Shown here piece by piece: positions 13,997 to 28,226 of a stretch of 64,000 bases of DNA; position 1 is the first letter of the stretch; each line of letters starts with the position of its first letter. The notes beneath the pieces were generated by a model that saw only the letters and a program-made list of their open reading frames with translations, ran no database searches and was not told the DNA's origin. Source of the DNA: Azolla caroliniana. Taxonomy: Eukaryota; Plantae; Polypodiophyta. The DNA is taken from assembly GCA_043228905.1 (NCBI GenBank), contig JBHGNT010000032.1:62001-126000 (forward strand), written 5' to 3'. Both the position numbers and the translations under genes were made by a program.

Positions 13997-15850
13997 ATTT
14001 TAATTTACTCAAGGGCTGTTCTCAACTCACTCCTCAAGTTTGCTATTTTCCTCATGTCTCTCGACCTGAGCTTCAAAATCTTGATTTTTTAATTCCATAT
14101 CATAGCTCGCGTTGTTGGCTTCGATTTGCATGTTTGAACACAAAAATCCGATATCACACGAGCCAGGTATGAACATTTTAATTTACTCAAGGGCTCCTCT
14201 CAACTCCCTCCTCAAGTTTGCTATTTTCGTCATGTCTCTCGACCTGAGTTTCAAAATCTTGATTTTTTAATTCCATATCATACCTCACGTAGTTGGCTTC
14301 GATTCGCATGTTTGAACACAAAAATCCGATATCACACGAGCCAGGTATGAACATTTTAATTACTTAAGGGCTCCTCTCAACTCCCTCCTCAAGTTTGCTA
14401 TTTTCGTCATGTCTCTCGACCTGAGTTTCAAAATCTTGATTTTTTAATTCCATATCATACCTCACGTAGTTGGCTTCGATTCGCAGGTTTGAACACAAAA
14501 ATCCGATATCACACGAGCCAGGTATGAACATTTTAATTTACTCAAGGGCTGTTCTCAACTCACTCCTCAAATTTGCTATTTTCGTCATGTCTCTCGACCT
14601 GAGTTTCAAAATCTTGATTTTTTAATTCCATATCATAGCTAGCGTTTCAAGCTTCGATTCGCATGTTTGAACACAAAAATCCGATATCACTAGAGCTAGG
14701 TATGAACATTTTAATTTACTCAAGGGCTCCTCTCAACTCCCTCCGCAAGTTTGCTATTTTCGTCATGTCTCTCGACCTGAGTTTCAAAATCTTGATTTTT
14801 TAATTCCATATCATACCTCACGTAGTTGGCTTCGATTCGCATGTTTGAACACAAAAATCCGATATCACACGAGCCAGGTATGAACATTTTAATTTACTCA
14901 AGGGCTGTTCTCAACTCACTCCTCAAATTTGCTATTTTCGTCATGTCTCTCGACCTGAGTTTCAAAATCTTGATTTTATAATTCCATATCATAGCTCGCG
15001 TTGTTGGCTTCAATTCGCATGTTTGAACACAAAAATCCGATATCACACGAGCCAGGTATGAACATTTTAATTTACTCAAGGGCTGTTCTCAACTCACTCC
15101 TCAAGTTTGCTATTTTCCTCATGTCTCTCGACCTGAGCTTCAAAATCTTGATTTTTTAATTCCATATCATAGCTCGCGTTGTTGGCTTCGATTTGCATGT
15201 TTGAACACAAAAATCCGATATCACACGAGCCAGGTATGAACATTTTAATTTACTCAAGGGCTCCTCTCAACTCCCTCCTCAAGTTTGCTATTTTCGTCAT
15301 GTCTCTCGACCTGAGTTTCAAAATCTTGATTTTTTAATTCCATATCATACCTCACGTAGTTGGCTTCGATTCGCATGTTTGAACACAAAAATCCGATATC
15401 ACACGAGCCAGGTATGAACATTTTAATTACTTAAGGGCTCCTCTCAACTCCCTCCTCAAGTTTGCTATTTTCGTCATGTCTCTCGACCTGAGTTTCAAAA
15501 TCTTGATTTTTTAATTCCATATCATACCTCACGTAGTTGGCTTCGATTCGCAGGTTTGAACACAAAAATCCGATATCACACGAGCCAGGTATGAACATTT
15601 TAATTTACTCAAGGGCTGTTCTCAACTCACTCCTCAAATTTGCTATTTTCGTCATGTCTCTCGACCTGAGTTTCAAAATCTTGATTTTTTAATTCCATAT
15701 CATAGCTAGCGTTTCAAGCTTCGATTCGCATGTTTGAACACAAAAATCCGATATCACTAGAGCTAGGTATGAACATTTTAATTTACTCAAGGGCTCCTCT
15801 CAACTCCCTCCGCAAGTTTGCTATTTTCGTCATGTCTCTCGACCTGAGCT
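13997..15850 (+). repeat. 6-monomer (1067 bp) tandem higher-order repeat, second copy partial
   Basis: 'ttttcCtcatg' (monomers 13997/15064), 'gcaGgttt' (14353/15420), 'cactagagcta' (14530/15597) and 'ctccgcaag' (14708/15775) all repeat at +1067. Confidence 0.8.
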
Positions 15851-17132
15851 TCAAAATCTTGATTTTTTAATTCCATATCATAGCTCGCGTTGTTGGCTTC
15901 GATTCGCATGTTTGAACACAAAAATCCGATATCACACGAGCCAGGTATGAACATTTTAATTTACTCAAGGGCTGTTCTCAACTCACTCCTCAAGTTTGCT
16001 ATTTTCGTCATGTCTCTCGACCTGAGCTTCAAAATCTTGATTTTTTAATTCCATATCATAGCTCGCGTTGTTGGCTTCGATTTGCATGTTTGAACACAAA
16101 AATCCGATATCACACGAGCCAGGTATGAACATTTTAATTTACTCAAGGGCTCCTCTCAACTCCCTCCTCAAGTTTGCTATTTTCGTCATGTATCTCGACC
16201 TGAGTTTGAAATTCTTGATTTTTTAATTGCATATCTTAGCTAGCGTTGTTAGCTTCGATTCGCATGTTTGAACACAAAAATCCGATATCACACGAGCCAG
16301 GTATGAACATTTTAATTTACTCAAGGGCTGTTCTCAACTCACTCTTCAAATTTGCTATTTTCGTCATGTCTCTCGACCTGAGTTTCAAAATCTTGATTTT
16401 ATAATTCCATATCATAGCTCGCGTTGTTGGCTTCAATTCGCATGTTTGACCACAAAAATCCGATATCACACGAGCCAGGTATGAACATTTTAATTTACTC
16501 AAGGGCTCCTCTCAACTCCCTCCTCAAGTTTGCTATTTTCGTCATGTCTCTCGACCTGAGTTTGAAATTCTTGATTTTTTAATTCCATATCATAGCTAGC
16601 GTCGTTAGCTTCGATTTGCATGTTTGAACACAAAAATCCGATATCACACGACCCAGGTATGAACATTTTAATCTACTCAAGGGCTCCTCTCAACTCCCTC
16701 CTCAAGTTTGCTATTTTCTTCATGTCTCTCGACCTGAGTTTCAAAATCTTGATTCTTTAATTCCATATCATAGCTAGCGTTTCAAGCTTCGATTTGCATG
16801 TTTGAACACAAAAATCCGATATCACACGAGCCAGGTATGAACATTTTAATTTACTCAAGGGCTCCTCTCAACTCCCTCCTCAAGTTTGCTATTTTCGTCA
16901 TGTCTCTTGACCTGAGTTTCAAAATCTTGATTTTTTAATTCCATATCATACCTCACGTAGTTGGCTTCGATTCGCATGTTTGAACACAAAAATCCGATAT
17001 CACACGAGCCAGGTATGAACATTTTAATTACTTAAGGGCTCCTCTCAACTCCCTCCTCAAGTTTGCTATTTTCGTCATGTCTCTCGACCTGAGTTTCAAA
17101 ATCTTGATTTTTTAATTCCATATCATACCTCA

Positions 17133-20100
17133 CGTAGTTGGCTTCGATTCGCATGTTTGAACACAAAAATCCGATATCACACGAGCCAGGTATGAACATT
17201 TTAATTTACTCAAGGGCTCCTCTCAACTCCCTCCTCAAGTTTGCTATTTTCGTCATGTCTCTCGACCTGAGTTTCAAAATCTTGATTTTTTAATTCCATA
17301 TCATACCTCACGTAGTTGGCTTCGATTCGCATGTTTGAACACAAAAATCCGATATCACACGAGCCAGGTATGAACATTTTAATTTACTCAAGGGCTGTTC
17401 TCAACTCACTCCTTAAATTTGCTATTTTCGTCATGTCTCTCGACCTGAGCTTCAAAATCTTGATTTTTTAATTCCATATCATAGCTCGCGTTGTTGGCTT
17501 CGATTCGCATGTTTGAACACAAAAATCCGATATCACACGAGCCAGGTATGAACATTTTAATTTACTCAAGGGCTGTTCTCAACTCACTCCTCAAGTTTGC
17601 TATTTTCGTCATGTCTCTCGACCTGAGCTTCAAAATCTTGATTTTTTAATTCCATATCATAGCTCGCGTTGTTGGCTTCGATTTGCATGTTTGAACACAA
17701 AAATCCGATATCACACGAGCCAGGTATGAACATTTTAATTTACTCAAGGGCTCCTCTCAACTCCCTCCTCAAGTTTGCTATTTTCGTCATGTATCTCGAC
17801 CTGAGTTTGAAATTCTTGATTTTTTAATTGCATATCTTAGCTAGCGTTGTTAGCTTCGATTCGCATGTTTGAACACAAAAATCCGATATCACACGAGCCA
17901 GGTATGAACATTTTAATTTACTCAAGGGCTGTTCTCAACTCACTCTTCAAATTTGCTATTTTCGTCATGTCTCTCGACCTGAGTTTCAAAATCTTGATTT
18001 TATAATTCCATATCATAGCTCGCGTTGTTGGCTTCAATTCGCATGTTTGAACACAAAAATCCGATATCACACGAGCCAGGTATGAACATTTTAATTTACT
18101 CAAGGGCTCCTCTCAACTCCCTCCTCAAGTTTGCTATTTTCGTCATGTCTCTCGACCTGAGTTTGAAATTCTTGATTTTTTAATTCCATATCATAGCTAG
18201 CGTCGTTAGCTTCGATTTGCATGTTTGAACACAAAAATCCGATATCACACGACCCAGGTATGAACATTTTAATCTACTCAAGGGCTCCTCTCAACTCCCT
18301 CCTCAAGTTTGCTATTTTCTTCATGTCTCTCGACCTGAGTTTCAAAATCTTGATTCTTTAATTCCATATCATAGCTAGCGTTTCAAGCTTCGATTTGCAT
18401 GTTTGAACACAAAAATCCGATATCACACGAGCCAGGTATGAACATTTTAATTTACTCAAGGGCTCCTCTCAACTCCCTCCTCAAGTTTGCTATTTTCGTC
18501 ATGTCTCTTGACCTGAGTTTCAAAATCTTGATTTTTTAATTCCATATCATACCTCACGTAGTTGGCTTCGATTCGCATGTTTGAACACAAAAATCCGATA
18601 TCACACGAGCCAGGTATGAACATTTTAATTACTTAAGGGCTCCTCTCAACTCCCTCCTCAAGTTTGCTATTTTCGTCATGTCTCTCGACCTGAGTTTCAA
18701 AATCTTGATTTTTTAATTCCATATCATAGCTAGCGTTTCAAGCTTCGATTTGCATGTTTGAACACAAAAATCCGATATCACACGACCCAGGTATGAACAT
18801 TTTTATTTACTCAAGGGCTCCTCTCAACTCCCTCCTCAAGTTTGCTATTTTCGTCATGTCTCTCGACCTGAGCTTCAAAATCTTGATTTTATAATTCCAT
18901 ATCATAGCTCGCGTTGTTGGCTTCGATTCGCATGTTTGAACACAAAAATCCGATATCACACGAGCCAGGTATGAACATTTTAATTTACTCAAGGGCTCCT
19001 CTCAACTCCCTCCTCAAGTTTGCTATTTTCGTCATGTCTCTCGACCTGAGTTTGAAATTCTTGATTTTTTAATTCCATATCATAGCTAGCGTCGTTAGCT
19101 TCGATTTGCATGTTTGAACACAAAAATCCGATATCACACGACCCAGGTATGAACATTTTAATCTACTCAAGGGCTCCTCTCAACTCCCTCCTCAAGTTTG
19201 CTATTTTCATCATGTCTCTCGACCTGAGTTTCAAAATCTTGATTCTTTAATTCCATATCATAGCTCGCGTTGTTGGCTTCGATTTGCATGTTTGAACACA
19301 AAAATCCGATATCACACGAGCCAGGTATGAACATTTTAATTTACTCAAGGGCTCCTCTCAACTCCCTCCTCAAGTTTGCTATTTTCGTCATGTCTCTCGA
19401 CCTGAGTTTCAAAATCTTGATTTTATAATTCCATAGCATACCTCACGTAGTTGGCTTCGATTCGCATGTTTGAACACAAAAAGCCGATATCACACGAGCC
19501 AGGTATGAACATTTTAATTTACTCAAGGGCTCCTCTCAACTCCCTCCTCAAGTTTGCTATTTTCGTCATGTCTCTCGACCTGAGTTTCAAAATCTTGATT
19601 TTTTAATTCCATATCATACCTCACGTAGTTGGCTTCGATTCGCATGTTTGAACACAAAAATCAGATATCACACGAGCCAGGTATGAACATTTTAATTTAC
19701 TCAAGGGCTGTTCTCAACTCACTCCTTAAATTTGCTATTTTCGTCATGTCTCTCGACCTGAGTTTCAAAATCTTGATTTTTTAATTCCATATCATAGCTA
19801 GCGTTTCAAGCTTCGATTCGCATGTTTGAACACAAAAATCCGATATCACTAGAGCTAGGTATGAACATTTTAATTTACTCAAGGGCTCCTCTCAACTCCC
19901 TCCGCAAGTTTGCTATTTTCGTCATGTCTCTCGACCTGAGCTTCAAAATCTTGATTTTTTAATTCCATATCATAGCTCGCGTAGTTGGCTTCGATTCGCA
20001 TGTTTGAACACAAAAATCCGATATCACACGAGCCAGGTATGAACATTTTAATTTACTCAAGGGCTCCTCTCAACTCCCTCCTCAAGTTTGCTATTTTCGT

Positions 20101-22829
20101 CATGTCTCTCGACCTGAGTTTCAAAATCTTGATTTTTTAATTCCATATCATACCTCACGTAGTTGGCTTCGATTCGCATGTTTGAACACAAAAATCCGAT
20201 ATCACACGAGCCAGGTATGAACATTTTAATTTACTCAAGGGCTGTTCTCAACTCACTCCTTAAATTTGCTATTTTCGTCATGTCTCTCGACCTGAGCTTC
20301 AAAATCTTGATTTTTTAATTCCATATCATAGCTCGCGTTGTTGGCTTCGATTCGCATGTTTGAACACAAAAATCCGATATCACACGAGCCAGGTATGAAC
20401 ATTTTAATTTACTCAAGGGCTGTTCTCAACTCACTCCTCAAGTTTGCTATTTTCGTCATGTCTCTCGACCTGAGCTTCAAAATCTTGATTTTTTAATTCC
20501 ATATCATAGCTCGCGTTGTTGGCTTCGATTTGCATGTTTGAACACAAAAATCCGATATCACACGAGCCAGGTATGAACATTTTAATTTACTCAAGGGCTC
20601 CTCTCAACTCCCTCCTCAAGTTTGCTATTTTCGTCATGTATCTCGACCTGAGTTTGAAATTCTTGATTTTTTAATTGCATATCTTAGCTAGCGTTGTTAG
20701 CTTCGATTCGCATGTTTGAACACAAAAATCCGATATCACACGAGCCAGGTATGAACATTTTAATTTACTCAAGGGCTGTTCTCAACTCACTCTTCAAATT
20801 TGCTATTTTCGTCATGTCTCTCGACCTGAGTTTCAAAATCTTGATTTTATAATTCCATATCATAGCTCGCGTTGTTGGCTTCAATTCGCATGTTTGAACA
20901 CAAAAATCCGATATCACACGAGCCAGGTATGAACATTTTAATTTACTCAAGGGCTCCTCTCAACTCCCTCCTCAAGTTTGCTATTTTCGTCATGTCTCTC
21001 GACCTGAGTTTGAAATTCTTGATTTTTTAATTCCATATCATAGCTAGCGTCGTTAGCTTCGATTTGCATGTTTGAACACAAAAATCCGATATCACACGAC
21101 CCAGGTATGAACATTTTAATCTACTCAAGGGCTCCTCTCAACTCCCTCCTCAAGTTTGCTATTTTCTTCATGTCTCTCGACCTGAGTTTCAAAATCTTGA
21201 TTCTTTAATTCCATATCATAGCTAGCGTTTCAAGCTTCGATTTGCATGTTTGAACACAAAAATCCGATATCACACGAGCCAGGTATGAACATTTTAATTT
21301 ACTCAAGGGCTCCTCTCAACTCCCTCCTCAAGTTTGCTATTTTCGTCATGTCTCTTGACCTGAGTTTCAAAATCTTGATTTTTTAATTCCATATCATACC
21401 TCACGTAGTTGGCTTCGATTCGCATGTTTGAACACAAAAATCCGATATCACACGAGCCAGGTATGAACATTTTAATTACTTAAGGGCTCCTCTCAACTCC
21501 CTCCTCAAGTTTGCTATTTTCGTCATGTCTCTCGACCTGAGTTTCAAAATCTTGATTTTTTAATTCCATATCATAGCTAGCGTTTCAAGCTTCGATTTGC
21601 ATGTTTGAACACAAAAATCCGATATCACACGACCCAGGTATGAACATTTTTATTTACTCAAGGGCTCCTCTCAACTCCCTCCTCAAGTTTGCTATTTTCG
21701 TCATGTCTCTCGACCTGAGCTTCAAAATCTTGATTTTATAATTCCATATCATAGCTCGCGTTGTTGGCTTCGATTCGCATGTTTGAACACAAAAATCCGA
21801 TATCACACGAGCCAGGTATGAACATTTTAATTTACTCAAGGGCTCCTCTCAACTCCCTCCTCAAGTTTGCTATTTTCGTCATGTCTCTCGACCTGAGTTT
21901 GAAATTCTTGATTTTTTAATTCCATATCATAGCTAGCGTCGTTAGCTTCGATTTGCATGTTTGAACACAAAAATCCGATATCACACGACCCAGGTATGAA
22001 CATTTTAATCTACTCAAGGGCTCCTCTCAACTCCCTCCTCAAGTTTGCTATTTTCATCATGTCTCTCGACCTGAGTTTCAAAATCTTGATTCTTTAATTC
22101 CATATCATAGCTCGCGTTGTTGGCTTCGATTTGCATGTTTGAACACAAAAATCCGATATCACACGAGCCAGGTATGAACATTTTAATTTACTCAAGGGCT
22201 CCTCTCAACTCCCTCCTCAAGTTTGCTATTTTCGTCATGTCTCTCGACCTGAGTTTCAAAATCTTGATTTTTTAATTCCATATCATACCTCACGTAGTTG
22301 GCTTCGATTCGCATGTTTGAACACAAAAAGCCGATATCACACGAGCCAGGTATGAACATTTTAATTTACTCAAGGGCTCCTCTCAACTCCCTCCTCAAGT
22401 TTGCTATTTTCGTCATGTCTCTCGACCTGAGTTTCAAAATCTTGATTTTTTAATTCCATATCATACCTCACGTAGTTGGCTTCGATTCGCATGTTTGAAC
22501 ACAAAAATCAGATATCACACGAGCCAGGTATGAACATTTTAATTTACTCAAGGGCTGTTCTCAACTCACTCCTTAAATTTGCTATTTTCGTCATGTCTCT
22601 CGACCTGAGTTTCAAAATCTTGATTTTTTAATTCCATATCATAGCTAGCGTTTCAAGCTTCGATTCGCATGTTTGAACACAAAAATCCGATATCACTAGA
22701 GCTAGGTATGAACATTTTAATTTACTCAAGGGCTCCTCTCAACTCCCTCCGCAAGTTTGCTATTTTCGTCATGTCTCTCGACCTGAGCTTCAAAATCTTG
22801 ATTTTTTAATTCCATATCATAGCTCGCGT
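17133..22829 (+). repeat. 16-monomer (2847 bp) tandem duplication, two near-identical copies
   Basis: ORF pairs 17918/20765 and 18807/21654 are 2847 apart. Markers 'catgtatctc', 'aattgcatatcttag', 'actcttc', 'tcagatatc' and 'cactagagct' occur in the same order. A hybrid monomer lies at the junction (19979-19983). Confidence 0.9.
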
Positions 22830-25800
22830 TGTTGGCTTCGATTCGCATGTTTGAACACAAAAATCCGATATCACACGAGCCAGGTATGAACATTTTAATT
22901 TACTCAAGGGCTGTTCTCAACTCACTCCTCAAGTTTGCTATTTTCGTCATGTCTCTCGACCTGAGCTTCAAAATCTTGATTTTTTAATTCCATATCATAG
23001 CTCGCGTTGTTGGCTTCGATTTGCATGTTTGAACACAAAAATCCGATATCACACGAGCCAGGTATGAACATTTTAATTTACTCAAGGGCTCCTCTCAACT
23101 CCCTCCTCAAGTTTGCTATTTTCGTCATGTCTCTCGACCTGAGTTTCAAAATCTTGATTTTTTAATTCCATATCATACCTCACGTAGTTGGCTTCGATTC
23201 GCATGTTTGAACACAAAAATCCGATATCACACGAGCCAGGTATGAACATTTTAATTACTTAAGGGCTCCTCTCAACTCCCTCCTCAAGTTTGCTATTTTC
23301 GTCATGTCTCTCGACCTGAGTTTCAAAATCTTGATTTTTTAATTCCATATCATACCTCACGTAGTTGGCTTCGATTCGCAGGTTTGAACACAAAAATCCG
23401 ATATCACACGAGCCAGGTATGAACATTTTAATTTACTCAAGGGCTCCTCTCAACTCCCTCCTCAAGTTTGCTATTTTCGTCATGTCTCTCGACCTGAGTT
23501 TCAAAATCTTGATTTTTTAATTCCATATCATACCTCACGTAGTTGGCTTCGATTCGCATGTTTGAACACAAAAATCCGATATCACACGAGCCAGGTATGA
23601 ACATTTTAATTTACTCAAGGGCTGTTCTCAACTCACTCCTTAAATTTGCTATTTTCGTCATGTCTCTCGACCTGAGTTTCAAAATCTTGATTTTATAATT
23701 CCATATCATAGCTAGCGTTTCAAGCTTCGATTCGCATGTTTGAACACAAAAATCCGATATCACTAGAGCTAGGTATGAACATTTTAATTTACTCAAGGGC
23801 TCCTCTCAACTCCCTCCGCAAGTTTGCTATTTTCGTCATGTCTCTCGACCTGAGCTTCAAAATCTTGATTTTTTAATTCCATATCATAGCTCGCGTTGTT
23901 GGCTTCGATTCGCATGTTTGAACACAAAAATCCGATATCACACGAGCCAGGTATGAACATTTTAATTTACTCAAGGGCTGTTCTCAACTCACTCCTCAAG
24001 TTTGCTATTTTCGTCATGTCTCTCGACCTGAGCTTCAAAATCTTGATTTTTTAATTCCATATCATAGCTCGCGTTGTTGGCTTCGATTTGCATGTTTGAA
24101 CACAAAAATCCGATATCACACGAGCCAGGTATGAACATTTTAATTTACTCAAGGGCTCCTCTCAACTCCCTCCTCAAGTTTGCTATTTTCGTCATGTCTC
24201 TCGACCTGAGTTTCAAAATCTTGATTTTTTAATTCCATATCATACCTCACGTAGTTGGCTTCGATTCGCATGTTTGAACACAAAAAGCCGATATCACACG
24301 AGCCAGGTATGAACATTTTAATTTACTCAAGGGCTCCTCTCAACTCCCTCCTCAAGTTTGCTATTTTCGTCATGTCTCTCGACCTGAGTTTCAAAATCTT
24401 GATTTTTTAATTCCATATCATACCTCACGTAGTTGGCTTCGATTCGCATGTTTGAACACAAAAATCAGATATCACACGAGCCAGGTATGAACATTTTAAT
24501 TTACTCAAGGGCTGTTCTCAACTCACTCCTTAAATTTGCTATTTTCGTCATGTCTCTCGACCTGAGTTTCAAAATCTTGATTTTTTAATTCCATATCATA
24601 GCTAGCGTTTCAAGCTTCGATTCGCATGTTTGAACACAAAAATCCGATATCACTAGAGCTAGGTATGAACATTTTAATTTACTCAAGGGCTCCTCTCAAC
24701 TCCCTCCGCAAGTTTGCTATTTTCGTCATGTCTCTCGACCTGAGCTTCAAAATCTTGATTTTTTAATTCCATATCATAGCTCGCGTTGTTGGCTTCGATT
24801 CGCATGTTTGAACACAAAAATCCGATATCACACGAGCCAGGTATGAACATTTTAATTTACTCAAGGGCTCCTCTCAACTCCCTCCTCAAGTTTGCTATTT
24901 TCGTCATGTCTCTCGACCTGAGTTTCAAAATCTTGATTTTTTAATTCCATATCATACCTCACGTAGTTGGCTTCGATTCGCATGTTTGAACACAAAAATC
25001 CGATATCACACGAGCCAGGTATGAACATTTTAATTACTTAAGGGCTCCTCTCAACTCCCTCCTCAAGTTTGCTATTTTCGTCATGTCTCTCGACCTGAGT
25101 TTCAAAATCTTGATTTTTTAATTCCATATCATAGCTAGCGTTTCAAGCTTCGATTTGCATGTTTGAACACAAAAATCCGATATCACACGACCCAGGTATG
25201 AACATTTTTATTTACTCAAGGGCTCCTCTCAACTCCCTCCTCAAGTTTGCTATTTTCGTCATGTCTCTCGACCTGAGCTTCAAAATCTTGATTTTTTAAT
25301 TCCATATCATAGCTCGCGTTGTTGGCTTCGATTTGCATGTTTGAACACAAAAATCCGATATCACACGAGCCAGGTATGAACATTTTAATTTACTCAAGGG
25401 CTCCTCTCAACTCCCTCCTCAAGTTTGCTATTTTCGTCATGTCTCTCGACCTGAGTTTCAAAATCTTGATTTTTTAATTCCATATCATACCTCACGTAGT
25501 TGGCTTCGATTCGCATGTTTGAACACAAAAATCCGATATCACTAGAGCTAGGTATGAACATTTTAATTTACTCAAGGGCTCCTCTCAACTCCCTCCGCAA
25601 GTTTGCTATTTTCGTCATGTCTCTCGACCTGAGCTTCAAAATCTTGATTTTTTAATTCCATATCATAGCTCGCGTTGTTGGCTTCGATTCGCATGTTTGA
25701 ACACAAAAATCCGATATCACACGAGCCAGGTATGAACATTTTAATTTACTCAAGGGCTGTTCTCAACTCACTCCTCAAGTTTGCTATTTTCGTCATGTCT

Positions 25801-27116
25801 CTCGACCTGAGCTTCAAAATCTTGATTTTTTAATTCCATATCATAGCTCGCGTTGTTGGCTTCGATTTGCATGTTTGAACACAAAAATCCGATATCACAC
25901 GAGCCAGGTATGAACATTTTAATTTACTCAAGGGCTCCTCTCAACTCCCTCCTCAAGTTTGCTATTTTCGTCATGTCTCTCGACCTGAGTTTCAAAATCT
26001 TGATTTTTTAATTCCATATCATACCTCACGTAGTTGGCTTCGATTCGCATGTTTGAACACAAAAATCCGATATCACACGAGCCAGGTATGAACATTTTAA
26101 TTACTTAAGGGCTCCTCTCAACTCCCTCCTCAAGTTTGCTATTTTCGTCATGTCTCTCGACCTGAGTTTCAAAATCTTGATTTTTTAATTCCATATCATA
26201 CCTCACGTAGTTGGCTTCGATTCGCAGGTTTGAACACAAAAATCCGATATCACACGAGCCAGGTATGAACATTTTAATTTACTCAAGGGCTCCTCTCAAC
26301 TCCCTCCTCAAGTTTGCTATTTTCGTCATGTCTCTCGACCTGAGTTTCAAAATCTTGATTTTTTAATTCCATATCATACCTCACGTAGTTGGCTTCGATT
26401 CGCATGTTTGAACACAAAAATCCGATATCACACGAGCCAGGTATGAACATTTTAATTTACTCAAGGGCTGTTCTCAACTCACTCCTTAAATTTGCTATTT
26501 TCGTCATGTCTCTCGACCTGAGTTTCAAAATCTTGATTTTATAATTCCATATCATAGCTAGCGTTTCAAGCTTCGATTCGCATGTTTGAACACAAAAATC
26601 CGATATCACTAGAGCTAGGTATGAACATTTTAATTTACTCAAGGGCTCCTCTCAACTCCCTCCGCAAGTTTGCTATTTTCGTCATGTCTCTCGACCTGAG
26701 CTTCAAAATCTTGATTTTTTAATTCCATATCATAGCTCGCGTTGTTGGCTTCGATTCGCATGTTTGAACACAAAAATCCGATATCACACGAGCCAGGTAT
26801 GAACATTTTAATTTACTCAAGGGCTGTTCTCAACTCACTCCTCAAGTTTGCTATTTTCGTCATGTCTCTCGACCTGAGCTTCAAAATCTTGATTTTTTAA
26901 TTCCATATCATAGCTCGCGTTGTTGGCTTCGATTTGCATGTTTGAACACAAAAATCCGATATCACACGAGCCAGGTATGAACATTTTAATTTACTCAAGG
27001 GCTCCTCTCAACTCCCTCCTCAAGTTTGCTATTTTCGTCATGTCTCTCGACCTGAGTTTCAAAATCTTGATTTTTTAATTCCATATCATACCTCACGTAG
27101 TTGGCTTCGATTCGCA
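22660..27116 (+). repeat. ~9-monomer block repeated at +2846 bp (about 22660-24270 and 25506-27116)
   Basis: ORFs 23611 and 26457 encode the same rare variant and are 2846 apart. The order 'ctccgc', 'ctgttc/gagctt', 'tacctc', 'tacttaa/gcagg' is conserved. Confidence 0.75.
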
Positions 27117-28226
27117 TGTTTGAACACAAAAATCCGATATCACACGAGCCAGGTATGAACATTTTAATTACTTAAGGGCTCCTCTCAACTCCCTCCTCAA
27201 GTTTGCTATTTTCGTCATGTCTCTCGACCTGAGTTTCAAAATCTTGATTTTTTAATTCCATATCATACCTCACGTAGTTGGCTTCGATTCGCAGGTTTGA
27301 ACACAAAAATCCGATATCACACGAGCCAGGTATGAACATTTTAATTTACTCAAGGGCTGTTCTCAACTCACTCCTCAAATTTGCTATTTTCGTCATGTCT
27401 CTCGACCTGAGTTTCAAAATCTTGATTTTTTAATTCCATATCATAGCTAGCGTTGTTAGCTTCGATTCGCATGTTTGAACACAAAAATCCGATATCACAC
27501 GAGCCAGGTATGAACATTTTAATTTACTCAAGGGCTGTTCTCAACTCACTCCTCAAATTTGCTATTTTCGTCATGTCTCTCGACCTGAGTTTCAAAATCT
27601 TGATTTTATAATTCCATATCATAGCTCGCGTTGTTGGCTTCAATTCGCATGTTTGAACACAAAAATCCGATATCACACGAGCCAGGTATGAACATTTTAA
27701 TTTACTCAAGGGCTCCTCTCAACTCCCTCCTCAAGTTTGCTATTTTCGTCATGTCTCTCGACCTGAGTTTCAAAATCTTGATTTTTTAATTCCATATCAT
27801 ACCTCACGTAGTTGGCTTCGATTCGCATGTTTGAACACAAAAATCCGATATCACACGAGCCAGGTATGAACATTTTAATTACTTAAGGGCTCCTCTCAAC
27901 TCCCTCCTCAAGTTTGCTATTTTCGTCATGTCTCTCGACCTGAGTTTCAAAATCTTGATTTTTTAATTCCATATCATAGCTAGCGTTTCAAGCTTCGATT
28001 TGCATGTTTGAACACAAAAATCCGATATCACACGACCCAGGTATGAACATTTTTATTTACTCAAGGGCTCCTCTCAACTCCCTCCTCAAGTTTGCTATTT
28101 TCGTCATGTCTCTCGACCTGAGCTTCAAAATCTTGATTTTTTAATTCCATATCATAGCTCGCGTTGTTGGCTTCGATTCGCATGTTTGAACACAAAAATC
28201 CGATATCACACGAGCCAGGTATGAAC

